DNA of 64,000 nt from Escherichia coli (GCF_024502345.1 NZ_JALDNN010000001.1), one strand, 5' to 3'. Positions 15,795 through 24,974 are shown, numbered from the stretch's first letter. Numbers and translations: made by a program. The notes: generated from the letters alone by a model not told the origin.

Positions 15795-15826
15795 AAAATG
15801 CCAGCCTCCGGGCTGGCATTTTTTAT
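15795..15826. terminator. bidirectional rho-independent terminator (eno and ygcG)
   Basis: aaaatgccagcc-tccg-ggctggcatttt hairpin flanked by A-run and T-run between convergent genes. Confidence 0.7.
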
Positions 15827-15833
15827 GGTTGAG

Positions 15834-16706
15834 TTACCAGCGGCCGGATGCGCCGCCACCTCCAGAAGAACCGCCACCGCCGCTAAATCCGCCGCCACTT
15901 GAGCCTCCACCGGAACCGCTGTTATCTGAATGATAACTTTTACCTGATGCTCTTTTCTGAAGTACACATAAACAGGTAAAGACCATAAATATGGTGAAAG
16001 TAAAAAAGAAGGAAAATACAGCAATGGAAAAAATTTTATCGGAGAACAGGAATAAATCTAAAAGATAGATTGCTGAAATATAGACTCCACTTTTACATGC
16101 GCGACAAAAATTACTGCCTTGATGAAAAAACCAGAAAGGGAAGAACATCACTGCAAATACCCAAAAAATAGCAAAGTAATAATGATCACTGGAAGACGCT
16201 GATTCACTTTCTGAAGGATTAGTCGGATATTGGTGTTGTGAAGTGAGTTGGTTATTCAAAGCGTTTATAGCTAGCTCTAATCCCTGAGCAAATTTTTGTT
16301 GTTTAAATGCGGGTATCATGTTGCTACGGATGATATCTCCAGCCAGAGCATCGGTTACCTTTTCTTCCAGCCCATAACCTACCTGGATGCGGACAGTACG
16401 ATCTGACCAGGCAACAATGATCAGTATCCCATCATTACGTTTGGCATCTCCTAAACGCCAATTGTCAAAAACTCTTGTAGCATATTGTTCAATTGTCTCG
16501 TCTTTGGTTGTGGGAACAATTAATACAGCAATTTGCACTTGGGTATTATTGAAAATAGATTCTAACTTGTGCGTCAGTTCTTTCTTTTCTTGTGAGTTTA
16601 AGCTACTCGTAAGATCCGTAACTTGTTGCTGTAATTGTGGGACAATAGTTGGTTGGGCTGCAACAAAGGAACATACGAAAGTGAACATTAGTATGAAATA
16701 GCGCAT
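15834..16706 (-). CDS. ygcG: TPM-domain membrane protein with glycine-rich C-terminal tail
   Basis: Start taken at internal ATG ([12 protein letters not shown]..., signal-peptide-like), giving 290 aa; hydrophobic segment and SGGG-rich tail. Confidence 0.75.
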   Translation of the reverse strand: MRYFILMFTFVCSFVAAQPTIVPQLQQQVTDLTSSLNSQEKKELTHKLESIFNNTQVQIAVLIVPTTKDETIEQYATRVFDNWRLGDAKRNDGILIIVAWSDRTVRIQVGYGLEEKVTDALAGDIIRSNMIPAFKQQKFAQGLELAINALNNQLTSQHQYPTNPSESESASSSDHYYFAIFWVFAVMFFPFWFFHQGSNFCRACKSGVYISAIYLLDLFLFSDKIFSIAVFSFFFTFTIFMVFTCLCVLQKRASGKSYHSDNSGSGGGSSGGGFSGGGGSSGGGGASGRW

Positions 16707-16719
16707 TATAAATTTCTCA

Positions 16720-16860
16720 TTAAATCTGGATAAATAAATTGACGGCGGCATCGGTAATTTTAGATTCGTTATCATTAAAAACTAATACAGAAAAAATAAA
16801 TATAATTTTGGTGAATGTTTTGACATGATTAAATCCATTTTCTTTATTTTCTTCTGACAT
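16720..16860 (-). CDS. yqcG: small hydrophobic protein (46 aa)
   Basis: 46-codon [49 protein letters not shown], below the 60-aa track cut-off; I recall a K-12 small protein at this position. Confidence 0.5.
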   Translation of the reverse strand: MSEENKENGFNHVKTFTKIIFIFSVLVFNDNESKITDAAVNLFIQI

Positions 16861-16998
16861 AATACGTTACTCCCTTTAATTATTAACGATATGTTTCGCA
16901 TTTTTCTTTAAATCTGCCTGTAACAGAATGTTAATAAGACATGATTGTTGTGGCAGGATCTGCAATAATTAACAATTATCCACTTCACAGAGAATGCT

Positions 16999-17670
16999 AT
17001 GCAGTACCCGATTAACGAGATGTTCCAGACCCTGCAAGGTGAGGGTTACTTTACCGGCGTCCCCGCCATTTTTATTCGTTTACAGGGATGCCCGGTTGGC
17101 TGTGCCTGGTGCGACACCAAACACACCTGGGAAAAGCTTGAGGATCGGGAAGTCTCCCTTTTCAGCATTCTGGCGAAGACCAAAGAGAGTGATAAGTGGG
17201 GGGCGGCGAGCAGTGAAGACTTGTTGGCTGTCATTAGTCGCCAGGGATACACCGCGCGGCATGTGGTGATTACGGGTGGTGAGCCTTGCATTCATGATTT
17301 GCTACCACTGACTGATCTGCTCGAAAAGAACGGTTTTAGCTGCCAGATCGAAACCAGTGGTACTCATGAGGTACGCTGCACACCGAATACCTGGGTTACC
17401 GTATCACCAAAGCTGAACATGCGCGGCGGCTATGAAGTGTTGTCACAGGCACTGGAGCGAGCCAACGAAATCAAGCATCCAGTGGGGCGCGTACGTGATA
17501 TTGAAGCACTGGATGAACTACTGGCAACGCTGACCGATGATAAACCGCGAGTCATTGCACTGCAGCCGATTAGCCAAAAGGATGATGCCACACGTTTGTG
17601 CATTGAAACCTGCATTGCGCGTAATTGGCGTTTGTCGATGCAAACACATAAATATCTAAATATTGCCTGA
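16999..17670 (+). CDS. queE: 7-carboxy-7-deazaguanine synthase (radical SAM)
   Basis: 223-aa ORF with the unusual radical-SAM cysteine cluster CxxxxxxxxxxxxxCxxC (CPVGCAWCDTKH). Confidence 0.88.
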   Translation: MQYPINEMFQTLQGEGYFTGVPAIFIRLQGCPVGCAWCDTKHTWEKLEDREVSLFSILAKTKESDKWGAASSEDLLAVISRQGYTARHVVITGGEPCIHDLLPLTDLLEKNGFSCQIETSGTHEVRCTPNTWVTVSPKLNMRGGYEVLSQALERANEIKHPVGRVRDIEALDELLATLTDDKPRVIALQPISQKDDATRLCIETCIARNWRLSMQTHKYLNIA

Positions 17671-18009
17671 TTAAACATTTATAAGCGTTATAAATGGGTG
17701 GAACCTGTAAAGACTTCTACTCATTTATATTGTTTGTCGCCTCTGAAAACTCCTCCATTTTACCCATCCAGGGCTAATCATTAGCATTCTCTACAAATTC
17801 TGTGGCATTAATTTTTCGCTGGAGTGAAAATTATTGCGGTAAAGTTTGGTAGATTTTAGTTTGTATAGAGTTATTTTAAATATTTACCTTTTTAATCAAT
17901 GGATTAAGTGCTCTTTAACATAATGGATGTGTTGTTTGTGTGATACTATAAAGTTGGTAGATTGTGACTGGCTTAAAAAATCATTAATTAATAATAGGTT
18001 ATGTTTAGA

Positions 18010-18832
18010 GTGTTCCCCGCGCCAGCGGGGATAAACCGCGCGATTTGTTAGCGCCCGTTGCGCCTGGTGGGTGTTCCCCGCGCCAGCGGGGATAAACCGC
18101 GCGAGTTCGTGCGCATGGGGCGCATTTTTGGCGTGTTCCCCGCGCCAGCGGGGATAAACCGCGGCGTTCATGCCCTCCAGCACTGTTACGCGGGTGTTCC
18201 CCGCGCCAGCGGGGATAAACCGTAGTCAAGCGGTAATTCATCGCCTGCAGATCCGAGTTCCCCGCGCCAGCGGGGATAAACCGGCTAATTTACGTAATTT
18301 ACGTGCTATTGCACTGAGTTCCCCGCGCCAGCGGGGATAAACCGTGGGTCATGCCGGTGATCGCCTGCCCGTCGTGGAGTTCCCCGCGCCAGCGGGGATA
18401 AACCATCACCACCGCTTGTCATAAAATTAGCGTCATAGAGTTCCCCGCGCCAGCGGGGATAAACCGGGGAGTGGCACTTCTGGGGTAGCGGCGGCCCTGA
18501 GTTCCCCGCGCCAGCGGGGATAAACCGTCAACGCGCTCAGACGTTGCGTGAGTGAACCAGAGTTCCCCGCGCCAGCGGGGATAAACCGAAATATCCAGGG
18601 CTGGGCTGGAGGCAGACGGCGAGTTCCCCGCGCCAGCGGGGATAAACCGGCGTTGATGTTCTTGCGGGTGTTGCAAATATTGAGTTCCCCGCGCCAGCGG
18701 GGATAAACCGTTTCAGCAGTTCAGCGTAACACCGACGGTCACGAGTTCCCCGCGCCAGCGGGGATAAACCGCCCGGAATGCATTCTGAAGGTTTGCTGTA
18801 TATGAGTTCCCCGCGCCAGCGGGGATAAACCA
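18010..18832 (+). CRISPR. type I-E CRISPR array, 14 repeats and 13 spacers, leader on the low-coordinate side
   Basis: 29-bp repeat G(T/A)GTTCCCCGCGCCAGCGGGGATAAACCG at 18010, 18071, 18133, 18194, 18255, 18316, 18377, 18438, 18499, 18560, 18621, 18682, 18743, 18804; spacers 32 bp (one of 33). Confidence 0.97.
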
Positions 18833-19286
18833 CCATATAACCCGTTATCTCTTTCTCAAGTTTTTATATTAGCAGTACTTGTAATAAGCAACATATCCAC
18901 GTAACACCTCATGTTCAAAATAGTTCTCCATGCCAGAGAGGTTCACAATTATCGATACAAAAAATTAAATTTAATCAAAGTGTTATTTGTATGACTCTTA
19001 AATCGTTAAGAAATTTTAATCTATTATTTTTTTAATATTGAATTAATGCCTGTTAATTTTTTCTTTAGAATAACAGTATATTTTTTAAGCTTGTTATTCA
19101 TTGGTTAAGTAATAAATCTGGAAGTTTGTCTTTGTTTTGAGGCTAATGAGTGGTTTTACATAACCGCCTCTATACGCTGTTGATGAATAGTTCTTATGAA
19201 TAAAGATATCCAGTTCATACTTTAAGTGAAAATTGATAAAGTGCGATTCGTATTGTCTTTAATTCTAAAGACATCGAGTGTAGTTA

Positions 19287-19424
19287 ATATTCCTTGTAAA
19301 AACAGGGATAAACCGAACTAGTTAAAGTTTTTATTATGTTCCCTGCATCAGCGGGGATAAACCGGACTTGTTATCATTTTTTAAGTTGTCGAACTTATGT
19401 TCCCCGCGTCAGCGGGGATAACCA
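19287..19424 (+). CRISPR. degenerate CRISPR remnant (2-3 eroded repeats)
   Basis: cagggataaaccg (19303-19315), atgttccctgcatcagcggggataaaccg (19336-19364), atgttccccgcgtcagcggggataacca (19397-19424); one 20-bp and one 32-bp interval. Confidence 0.65.
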
Positions 19425-19437
19425 TTTAGGTATGTTC

Positions 19438-19463
19438 AGGCCGGGCAGTTTTCCGCCCGGCCT
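19438..19463 (-). terminator. GC-rich hairpin just downstream of ygcE
   Basis: aggccgggc-agttttcc-gcccggcct stem-loop; weak U-tract. Confidence 0.35.
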
Positions 19464-19470
19464 ACCTCAT

Positions 19471-20949
19471 TCACGCATTCGACCAGCTCTGGATCGAATC
19501 CACATTCCCCAATTCCCCATGCATCACTTCATACGATTTTTTCAGGATCACATCAGTATGTTTGGTTAGGTCTTTGAAAATGCCTTTATTCATCGCGTCG
19601 TAGCGTTTGGCATTGCTCTCAATCGGTATAAAGATATCTTTCACGCGAACCATCTTATCAACAGCCGTTGCGTAATCCGGGTATAGCCCCAGACCTACCG
19701 CTGTATTAATCGCTGCTCCCAGACTTGCACAACCGTTAATGGCGTTACGGCGTGCCGGAAGGTTGAACACGTCGGCAAAAATTTGCATAAACAGATCGCT
19801 GTTCGAACCGCCGCCAGTAATGATCACATGCTTCGCAAAGTGATTCATTTCATTACACATATTGTCGTAATTGTTCTTCAGCGTTAGCGCCACGCTTTCC
19901 AATATCGAACGATATATCCATGCGTAATCCATGCTGGAATCAAAGCCGATCATAATCCCGCGTTTGTACGGTTCCCACGGATTGGTCAGCCAGTCCAGCA
20001 CCGTCATCAGCCCATTACAGCCAGGTGGCACACTAGAGGCTTTCTTGTTGAGTAAATCTTCCGGTGAAAGATCCTGCGCCCTGGCATCCTGAATTAACGA
20101 CTCGCCTAACATGTCACGCAGCCAGCTCACCGTCCACATACCTTTGCGAATACCGTAACCTTCATACAGCAATGTTTGCGGAATAGAAGACATAATCGGC
20201 CAGTACGCCACCGGATCTTTCGGCAGTGCTTTGCCGTTCATCATCAATGCGATGTAAGTGCCAAGAGAAATTACCGCAGTTTCATCATCCAGTAATCCGG
20301 CCCCCAGAGCTTCTACCGGTTTATCACTGGTGGTACAAACAACCGGCAGTCCTGCCGGGAAATGTGTCGCCAGTGCGGCTTGTGGTGTGATATGTCCGAG
20401 GACGGTGCCAGGCATTTGCACATCAAACAGCATATGACGGGGGATATTAAACTTATCCATTACCGCAGCATCTTCGCTCCATGCCCAGCTCTTATAATCC
20501 ACCGGCCACTGACCAAAATAGTTGGCGATATTGTCTTTAAACTCGCCGGTTAAGCGATGCGTCAGATAACCCGAAAAAGAGGTGACATACGCCACGTCAG
20601 GATTCGTATGTTCGTAAGGGCGTGTAACGCGTGCATCCTGCCAGCTAATCAACGGCGCAGCTGGCGTGCCGTCGGCTTTCAATAACGCACGGCAGCAACG
20701 GATGGAGCCCAGGCCGATGCCAACAATATCTTCTTTATTCCCGGCAAACTGGCTCATCAAATCGTGACCTGCAAAACATAATGATGCCCATAAATCGTCG
20801 TCAGGATGTTCTGCAGTATCGGCATAAGGCGTGTGCATCGGCTGTAATAAGCCTTTACCTTCGCAAACCACATTACCTTCCAGATCGTACATCACCACTT
20901 TTGTGCTCTGACTTCCGCCATCAATCCCTATGATGTATTTTTTCGACAT
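19471..20949 (-). CDS. ygcE: FGGY-family carbohydrate kinase
   Basis: 492-aa ORF with FGGY kinase N- and C-terminal signatures (IGIDGGSQSTKVV, GGGSNSDLFMQIFADV). Confidence 0.85.
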   Translation of the reverse strand: MSKKYIIGIDGGSQSTKVVMYDLEGNVVCEGKGLLQPMHTPYADTAEHPDDDLWASLCFAGHDLMSQFAGNKEDIVGIGLGSIRCCRALLKADGTPAAPLISWQDARVTRPYEHTNPDVAYVTSFSGYLTHRLTGEFKDNIANYFGQWPVDYKSWAWSEDAAVMDKFNIPRHMLFDVQMPGTVLGHITPQAALATHFPAGLPVVCTTSDKPVEALGAGLLDDETAVISLGTYIALMMNGKALPKDPVAYWPIMSSIPQTLLYEGYGIRKGMWTVSWLRDMLGESLIQDARAQDLSPEDLLNKKASSVPPGCNGLMTVLDWLTNPWEPYKRGIMIGFDSSMDYAWIYRSILESVALTLKNNYDNMCNEMNHFAKHVIITGGGSNSDLFMQIFADVFNLPARRNAINGCASLGAAINTAVGLGLYPDYATAVDKMVRVKDIFIPIESNAKRYDAMNKGIFKDLTKHTDVILKKSYEVMHGELGNVDSIQSWSNA

Positions 20950-20975
20950 GATTTTTCTCCTGTAATTTTCCTGGC

Positions 20976-22253
20976 TTACTTGCTGCTAGCCATTGCGGGG
21001 GCGCTATCAGCAGTACGAATTTTTTGGAACAGCAAAAAGGTAAAGACAATCACCATGGCAAGCGCCGCCATTCCCATCAGCCACATATTGCGGTAGGCTT
21101 CTGCTGCGGGCAGGGTGTCTTGCCAGTGGCCGATAATCGGGTAAACGAAGACATCCGGCAGGAATCCAATCACCGAACAAATACCTACCGTGGTGCCCAT
21201 AATGTAAGACGGTGTTCTCGCTTCGCCAGGGCAGGCCCAGTACAGCCCGCGTGAGGCGTAACAGGTGAATCCCAGCAGTAAAATCAGGCCAATCCCCATC
21301 GCGACCGATTGCGGGTTAGAGTTCGTGACGAGCAGGGCAGTTAACGCCAGCAGGTCGAGTACGGAAAGGATTTGGATCACGCGGGTAGGGGATTTCACTT
21401 TACTGTAGGTGGTGATAATGCCGCCAAGTGGGCCGCACAGCGCGCGGAAGATTTTGTTGATCACAATCCCCATGTAGCTCGCTGCCACCAGCGACATGCC
21501 GTACATTTCGGTCAGATAGTTGGTGGAGTAACTCAGAATGGCGTAGATTGTGAAGACACCAAAAATCACCATGCTGCAATACCAGGTGGTGCTGATACGC
21601 AAAACGGCAAGGATGTCGCTAAGCTGGAATGACTGTTTTTCTTCGTTATTGGCACTGCGCAGGTTGTTGTTATCGCTAACAAAAAACCAGCACAGAATCC
21701 CCAACAAGATGTAAACCACACTGTAGATGATAATGACTGTTTTCAGGCTGGCGCTGTCATCCGGTGCAAAGCGAGAAAAGACCCACATGGTAAACACCGC
21801 CAGCGACATTACACCGACGCCGCGCAGCCCTTCCATCCAGCCCATAATTTTCCCTTGCTCACTATGATCGCCCAGCAACGAGGCGGCTTTAATCGACACC
21901 GACCACAGCATTAAAATCGTCGTTATCGCAAAGGCGACCTGAATACAGAGCATTACCCACAGCGGTGGATACGTTGCCATTAACAGACCCAGTAATCCGG
22001 TAATGATCATCGCGGAAGTAATCATTTTGCGGTGTGAAAATTTATCGGCAATAACGCCGCTGGGGGCATAAAGAATAATAGCCGCAATACCAAAGGTACT
22101 CATTATTAAACCTATCTCGGTATTGCTGAATCCCATAAATTTCGCCATGGGAATTTGATAAATATAACGTAAATAAGCCAGGTCAAAACTAACGCCGCCG
22201 CTAAAACTAATTATCGCGAGGGTTATCCAACGGCGATATGAGTTGTGTTGCAT
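20976..22253 (-). CDS. yqcE: MFS transporter
   Basis: 425-aa multi-pass hydrophobic ORF. Confidence 0.8.
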   Translation of the reverse strand: MQHNSYRRWITLAIISFSGGVSFDLAYLRYIYQIPMAKFMGFSNTEIGLIMSTFGIAAIILYAPSGVIADKFSHRKMITSAMIITGLLGLLMATYPPLWVMLCIQVAFAITTILMLWSVSIKAASLLGDHSEQGKIMGWMEGLRGVGVMSLAVFTMWVFSRFAPDDSASLKTVIIIYSVVYILLGILCWFFVSDNNNLRSANNEEKQSFQLSDILAVLRISTTWYCSMVIFGVFTIYAILSYSTNYLTEMYGMSLVAASYMGIVINKIFRALCGPLGGIITTYSKVKSPTRVIQILSVLDLLALTALLVTNSNPQSVAMGIGLILLLGFTCYASRGLYWACPGEARTPSYIMGTTVGICSVIGFLPDVFVYPIIGHWQDTLPAAEAYRNMWLMGMAALAMVIVFTFLLFQKIRTADSAPAMASSK

Positions 22254-22431
22254 ATCGTATTCCCATTTGTAATAGAAAAAAAAAAGAGAAAAGTAAGCCG
22301 CCCTTTCAGGTGGATTACTTTTCTCAGGTCTCTAGTAATTGCAATAAGAAATAACATGGAAAGCAGAGGTGTTGTGTGAGAGTAATCACGCTTCTGCTTT
22401 TTAAAACTATTTGACAATACGAATATCACAC

Positions 22432-22447
22432 TGTGATTACGATCACA
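22432..22447. promoter_or_regulatory. CRP-like binding site (TGTGA-N6-TCACA)
   Basis: tgtgattacgatcaca, perfect match to both CRP half-sites, in the yqcE/ygcW divergent intergenic region; a ttgaca hexamer lies at 22411-22416. Confidence 0.5.
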
Positions 22448-22500
22448 TTAGCAGTTATGCCGTTATGCTAAAAATTATCTCCAGTTACCAGAGATAATGA

Positions 22501-22547
22501 GAAAGGTAACTTCCCTCTCGCGGGGGAAGTTACCTTTCTTTTTTTTT
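22501..22547 (+). terminator. intrinsic terminator-like hairpin upstream of ygcW (candidate attenuator)
   Basis: Perfect 15-bp stem gaaaggtaacttccc / gggaagttacctttc, 8-nt loop, then nine T; 24 nt before the ygcW ATG. Confidence 0.6.
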
Positions 22548-22571
22548 GCCTTACGGAAATTGGAGCTAACT

Positions 22572-23357
22572 ATGTCAATCGAATCTCTCAATGCGTTCTC
22601 AATGGATTTTTTCTCACTGAAAGGTAAAACCGCAATTGTTACCGGTGGGAATAGCGGTTTAGGCCAGGCATTTGCCATGGCGTTGGCCAAAGCTGGCGCA
22701 AATATCTTTATTCCTAGTTTCGTCAAAGATAACGGCGAAACAAAGGAAATGATTGAAAAACAGGGTGTTGAGGTGGACTTCATGCAGGTGGATATCACCG
22801 CAGAAGGCGCGCCGCAGAAGATTATCGCTGCTTGCTGTGAGCGTTTCGGTACAGTTGATATTCTGGTAAACAATGCCGGTATTTGTAAGCTGAATAAGGT
22901 GCTGGACTTCGGTCGTGCCGACTGGGATCCGATGATTGATGTGAACCTGACCGCCGCATTCGAGTTAAGCTATGAAGCGGCAAAAATTATGATCCCGCAG
23001 AAAAGCGGCAAAATTATTAATATCTGTTCATTGTTCTCTTACTTAGGTGGACAATGGTCACCTGCATATTCTGCCACTAAACATGCTCTTGCCGGATTCA
23101 CCAAAGCTTATTGTGATGAACTAGGTCAATATAATATTCAGGTAAATGGTATTGCCCCTGGCTATTATGCAACAGATATTACGCTGGCGACACGCAGTAA
23201 TCCAGAAACCAATCAGCGCGTTCTTGATCATATTCCGGCAAACCGTTGGGGCGATACTCAGGATTTAATGGGCGCAGCTGTATTCCTCGCAAGTCCGGCT
23301 TCAAATTATGTCAATGGGCATTTATTAGTGGTCGATGGTGGTTATTTAGTGCGCTAA
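22572..23357 (+). CDS. ygcW: short-chain dehydrogenase/reductase (SDR)
   Basis: Start taken at MSIESLNAF (261 aa); Rossmann TGGNSGLG motif and catalytic YSATK; the track ORF starts upstream at 22497 and would read through the hairpin. Confidence 0.8.
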   Translation: MSIESLNAFSMDFFSLKGKTAIVTGGNSGLGQAFAMALAKAGANIFIPSFVKDNGETKEMIEKQGVEVDFMQVDITAEGAPQKIIAACCERFGTVDILVNNAGICKLNKVLDFGRADWDPMIDVNLTAAFELSYEAAKIMIPQKSGKIINICSLFSYLGGQWSPAYSATKHALAGFTKAYCDELGQYNIQVNGIAPGYYATDITLATRSNPETNQRVLDHIPANRWGDTQDLMGAAVFLASPASNYVNGHLLVVDGGYLVR

Positions 23358-23426
23358 TCCATAACGGTGGTTTCTGTTTTCTCTTATTAATGATTATTCC
23401 ATTTTTATTATCAGGAAGGAATTACT

Positions 23427-24881
23427 ATGTCTTTATCTCGCGCAGCGATTGTCGACCAACTAAAGGAAATTGTTGGTGCAGATCGCGTAATTACCGATGA
23501 AACAGTATTAAAGAAGAACAGTATTGACCGTTTTCGTAAATTTCCGGATATTCATGGCATTTATACTTTGCCGATTCCGGCAGCGGTCGTAAAACTCGGT
23601 TCCACAGAGCAAGTATCCCGTGTGCTGAATTTTATGAATGCGCACAAAATTAACGGTGTGCCGCGTACCGGTGCTTCCGCCACCGAAGGTGGGCTGGAAA
23701 CTGTTGTAGAAAACTCGGTGGTGCTCGACGGTTCCGCCATGAATCAAATCATTAATATTGATATTGAGAATATGCAGGCGACGGCGCAATGTGGCGTTCC
23801 CCTGGAAGTGCTGGAAAATGCGTTGCGTGAAAAAGGTTACACCACGGGGCATTCTCCGCAGTCAAAGCCGCTGGCGCAGATGGGCGGCCTGGTAGCAACC
23901 CGCAGTATCGGGCAGTTCTCCACACTCTACGGCGCAATCGAAGATATGGTCGTTGGTCTGGAGGCAGTGTTGGCAGATGGCACCGTCACACGCATTAAAA
24001 ACGTGCCACGCCGCGCGGCTGGCCCGGACATTCGTCACATCATCATCGGCAACGAAGGTGCATTGTGCTATATCACTGAAGTAACAGTGAAAATCTTTAA
24101 ATTCACCCCGGAAAACAACCTCTTCTACGGCTATATCCTGGAAGACATGAAAACCGGCTTCAACATCCTGCGTGAAATCATGGTGGAAGGGTATCGTCCG
24201 TCGATCGCTCGTTTGTATGACGCTGAAGATGGCACCCAACACTTCACCCATTTTGCCGACGGTAAATGTGTGCTGATCTTTATGGCTGAAGGCAATCCTC
24301 GCATTGCGAAGGCGACGGGCGAAGGGATTGCGGAAATCGTTGCCCGCTACCCGCAGTGCCAGCGCGTGGACAGCAAACTGATCGAAACCTGGTTTAACAA
24401 CCTGAACTGGGGACCGGATAAAGTGGCTGCCGAACGTGTGCAGATCCTCAAAACCGGCAACATGGGCTTTACCACTGAAGTGTCCGGCTGCTGGAGCTGC
24501 ATCCACGAAATCTACGAAAGCGTTATTAACCGTATTCGTACTGAGTTCCCGCACGCCGACGACATCACCATGCTGGGCGGTCACTCCTCTCATAGCTATC
24601 ATAACGGCACCAACATGTACTTCGTCTACGATTACAACGTCGTTGACTGTAAGCCGGAAGAGGAAATCGACAAGTACCACAATCCGCTCAACAAGATCAT
24701 CTGTGAAGAAACCATTCGCCTCGGCGGTTCGATGGTGCACCACCACGGTATCGGTAAACATCGCGTTCACTGGAGCAAACTGGAACACGGCAGCGCGTGG
24801 GCGTTGCTGGAAGGGCTGAAAAAGCAGTTCGATCCTAATGGCATTATGAATACGGGTACTATCTATCCGATTGAAAAATAA
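23427..24881 (+). CDS. ygcU: FAD-linked oxidase (FAD-binding PCMH type)
   Basis: 484-aa ORF with FAD-binding domain and C-terminal oxidase domain (HHHGIGKHR). Confidence 0.8.
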   Translation: MSLSRAAIVDQLKEIVGADRVITDETVLKKNSIDRFRKFPDIHGIYTLPIPAAVVKLGSTEQVSRVLNFMNAHKINGVPRTGASATEGGLETVVENSVVLDGSAMNQIINIDIENMQATAQCGVPLEVLENALREKGYTTGHSPQSKPLAQMGGLVATRSIGQFSTLYGAIEDMVVGLEAVLADGTVTRIKNVPRRAAGPDIRHIIIGNEGALCYITEVTVKIFKFTPENNLFYGYILEDMKTGFNILREIMVEGYRPSIARLYDAEDGTQHFTHFADGKCVLIFMAEGNPRIAKATGEGIAEIVARYPQCQRVDSKLIETWFNNLNWGPDKVAAERVQILKTGNMGFTTEVSGCWSCIHEIYESVINRIRTEFPHADDITMLGGHSSHSYHNGTNMYFVYDYNVVDCKPEEEIDKYHNPLNKIICEETIRLGGSMVHHHGIGKHRVHWSKLEHGSAWALLEGLKKQFDPNGIMNTGTIYPIEK

Positions 24882-24974
24882 TGTGTCAGGCAGCGTTCCG
24901 CGATGACGGGGCGTTGCCTTTTCGGCTTCTCAGGCGAGAAGCCGTTCTTATTACCGGACAATGAAGGGGTAAAG

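Noticed and set aside
17896-18836. Four minus-strand track ORFs (17896-18183, 18005-18241, 18419-18676, 18537-18836) with recurring VYPRWRGE / LSPLARGT peptides
   Set aside because: They are translations of the CRISPR repeat in two frames; the periodic peptide motif is an artefact of the 29-bp repeat, not a gene.
22497-22571. Upstream extension of ygcW starting at ATG 22497, as given in the ORF track
   Set aside because: That start would translate through the 15-bp terminator hairpin and T-run (giving FFFF); the ATG at 22572 with a ggag Shine-Dalgarno fits the expected 261-aa SDR.
23862-24788. 308-aa ORF antisense to ygcU
   Set aside because: Fully embedded opposite a well-supported FAD-oxidase gene; no independent signal.
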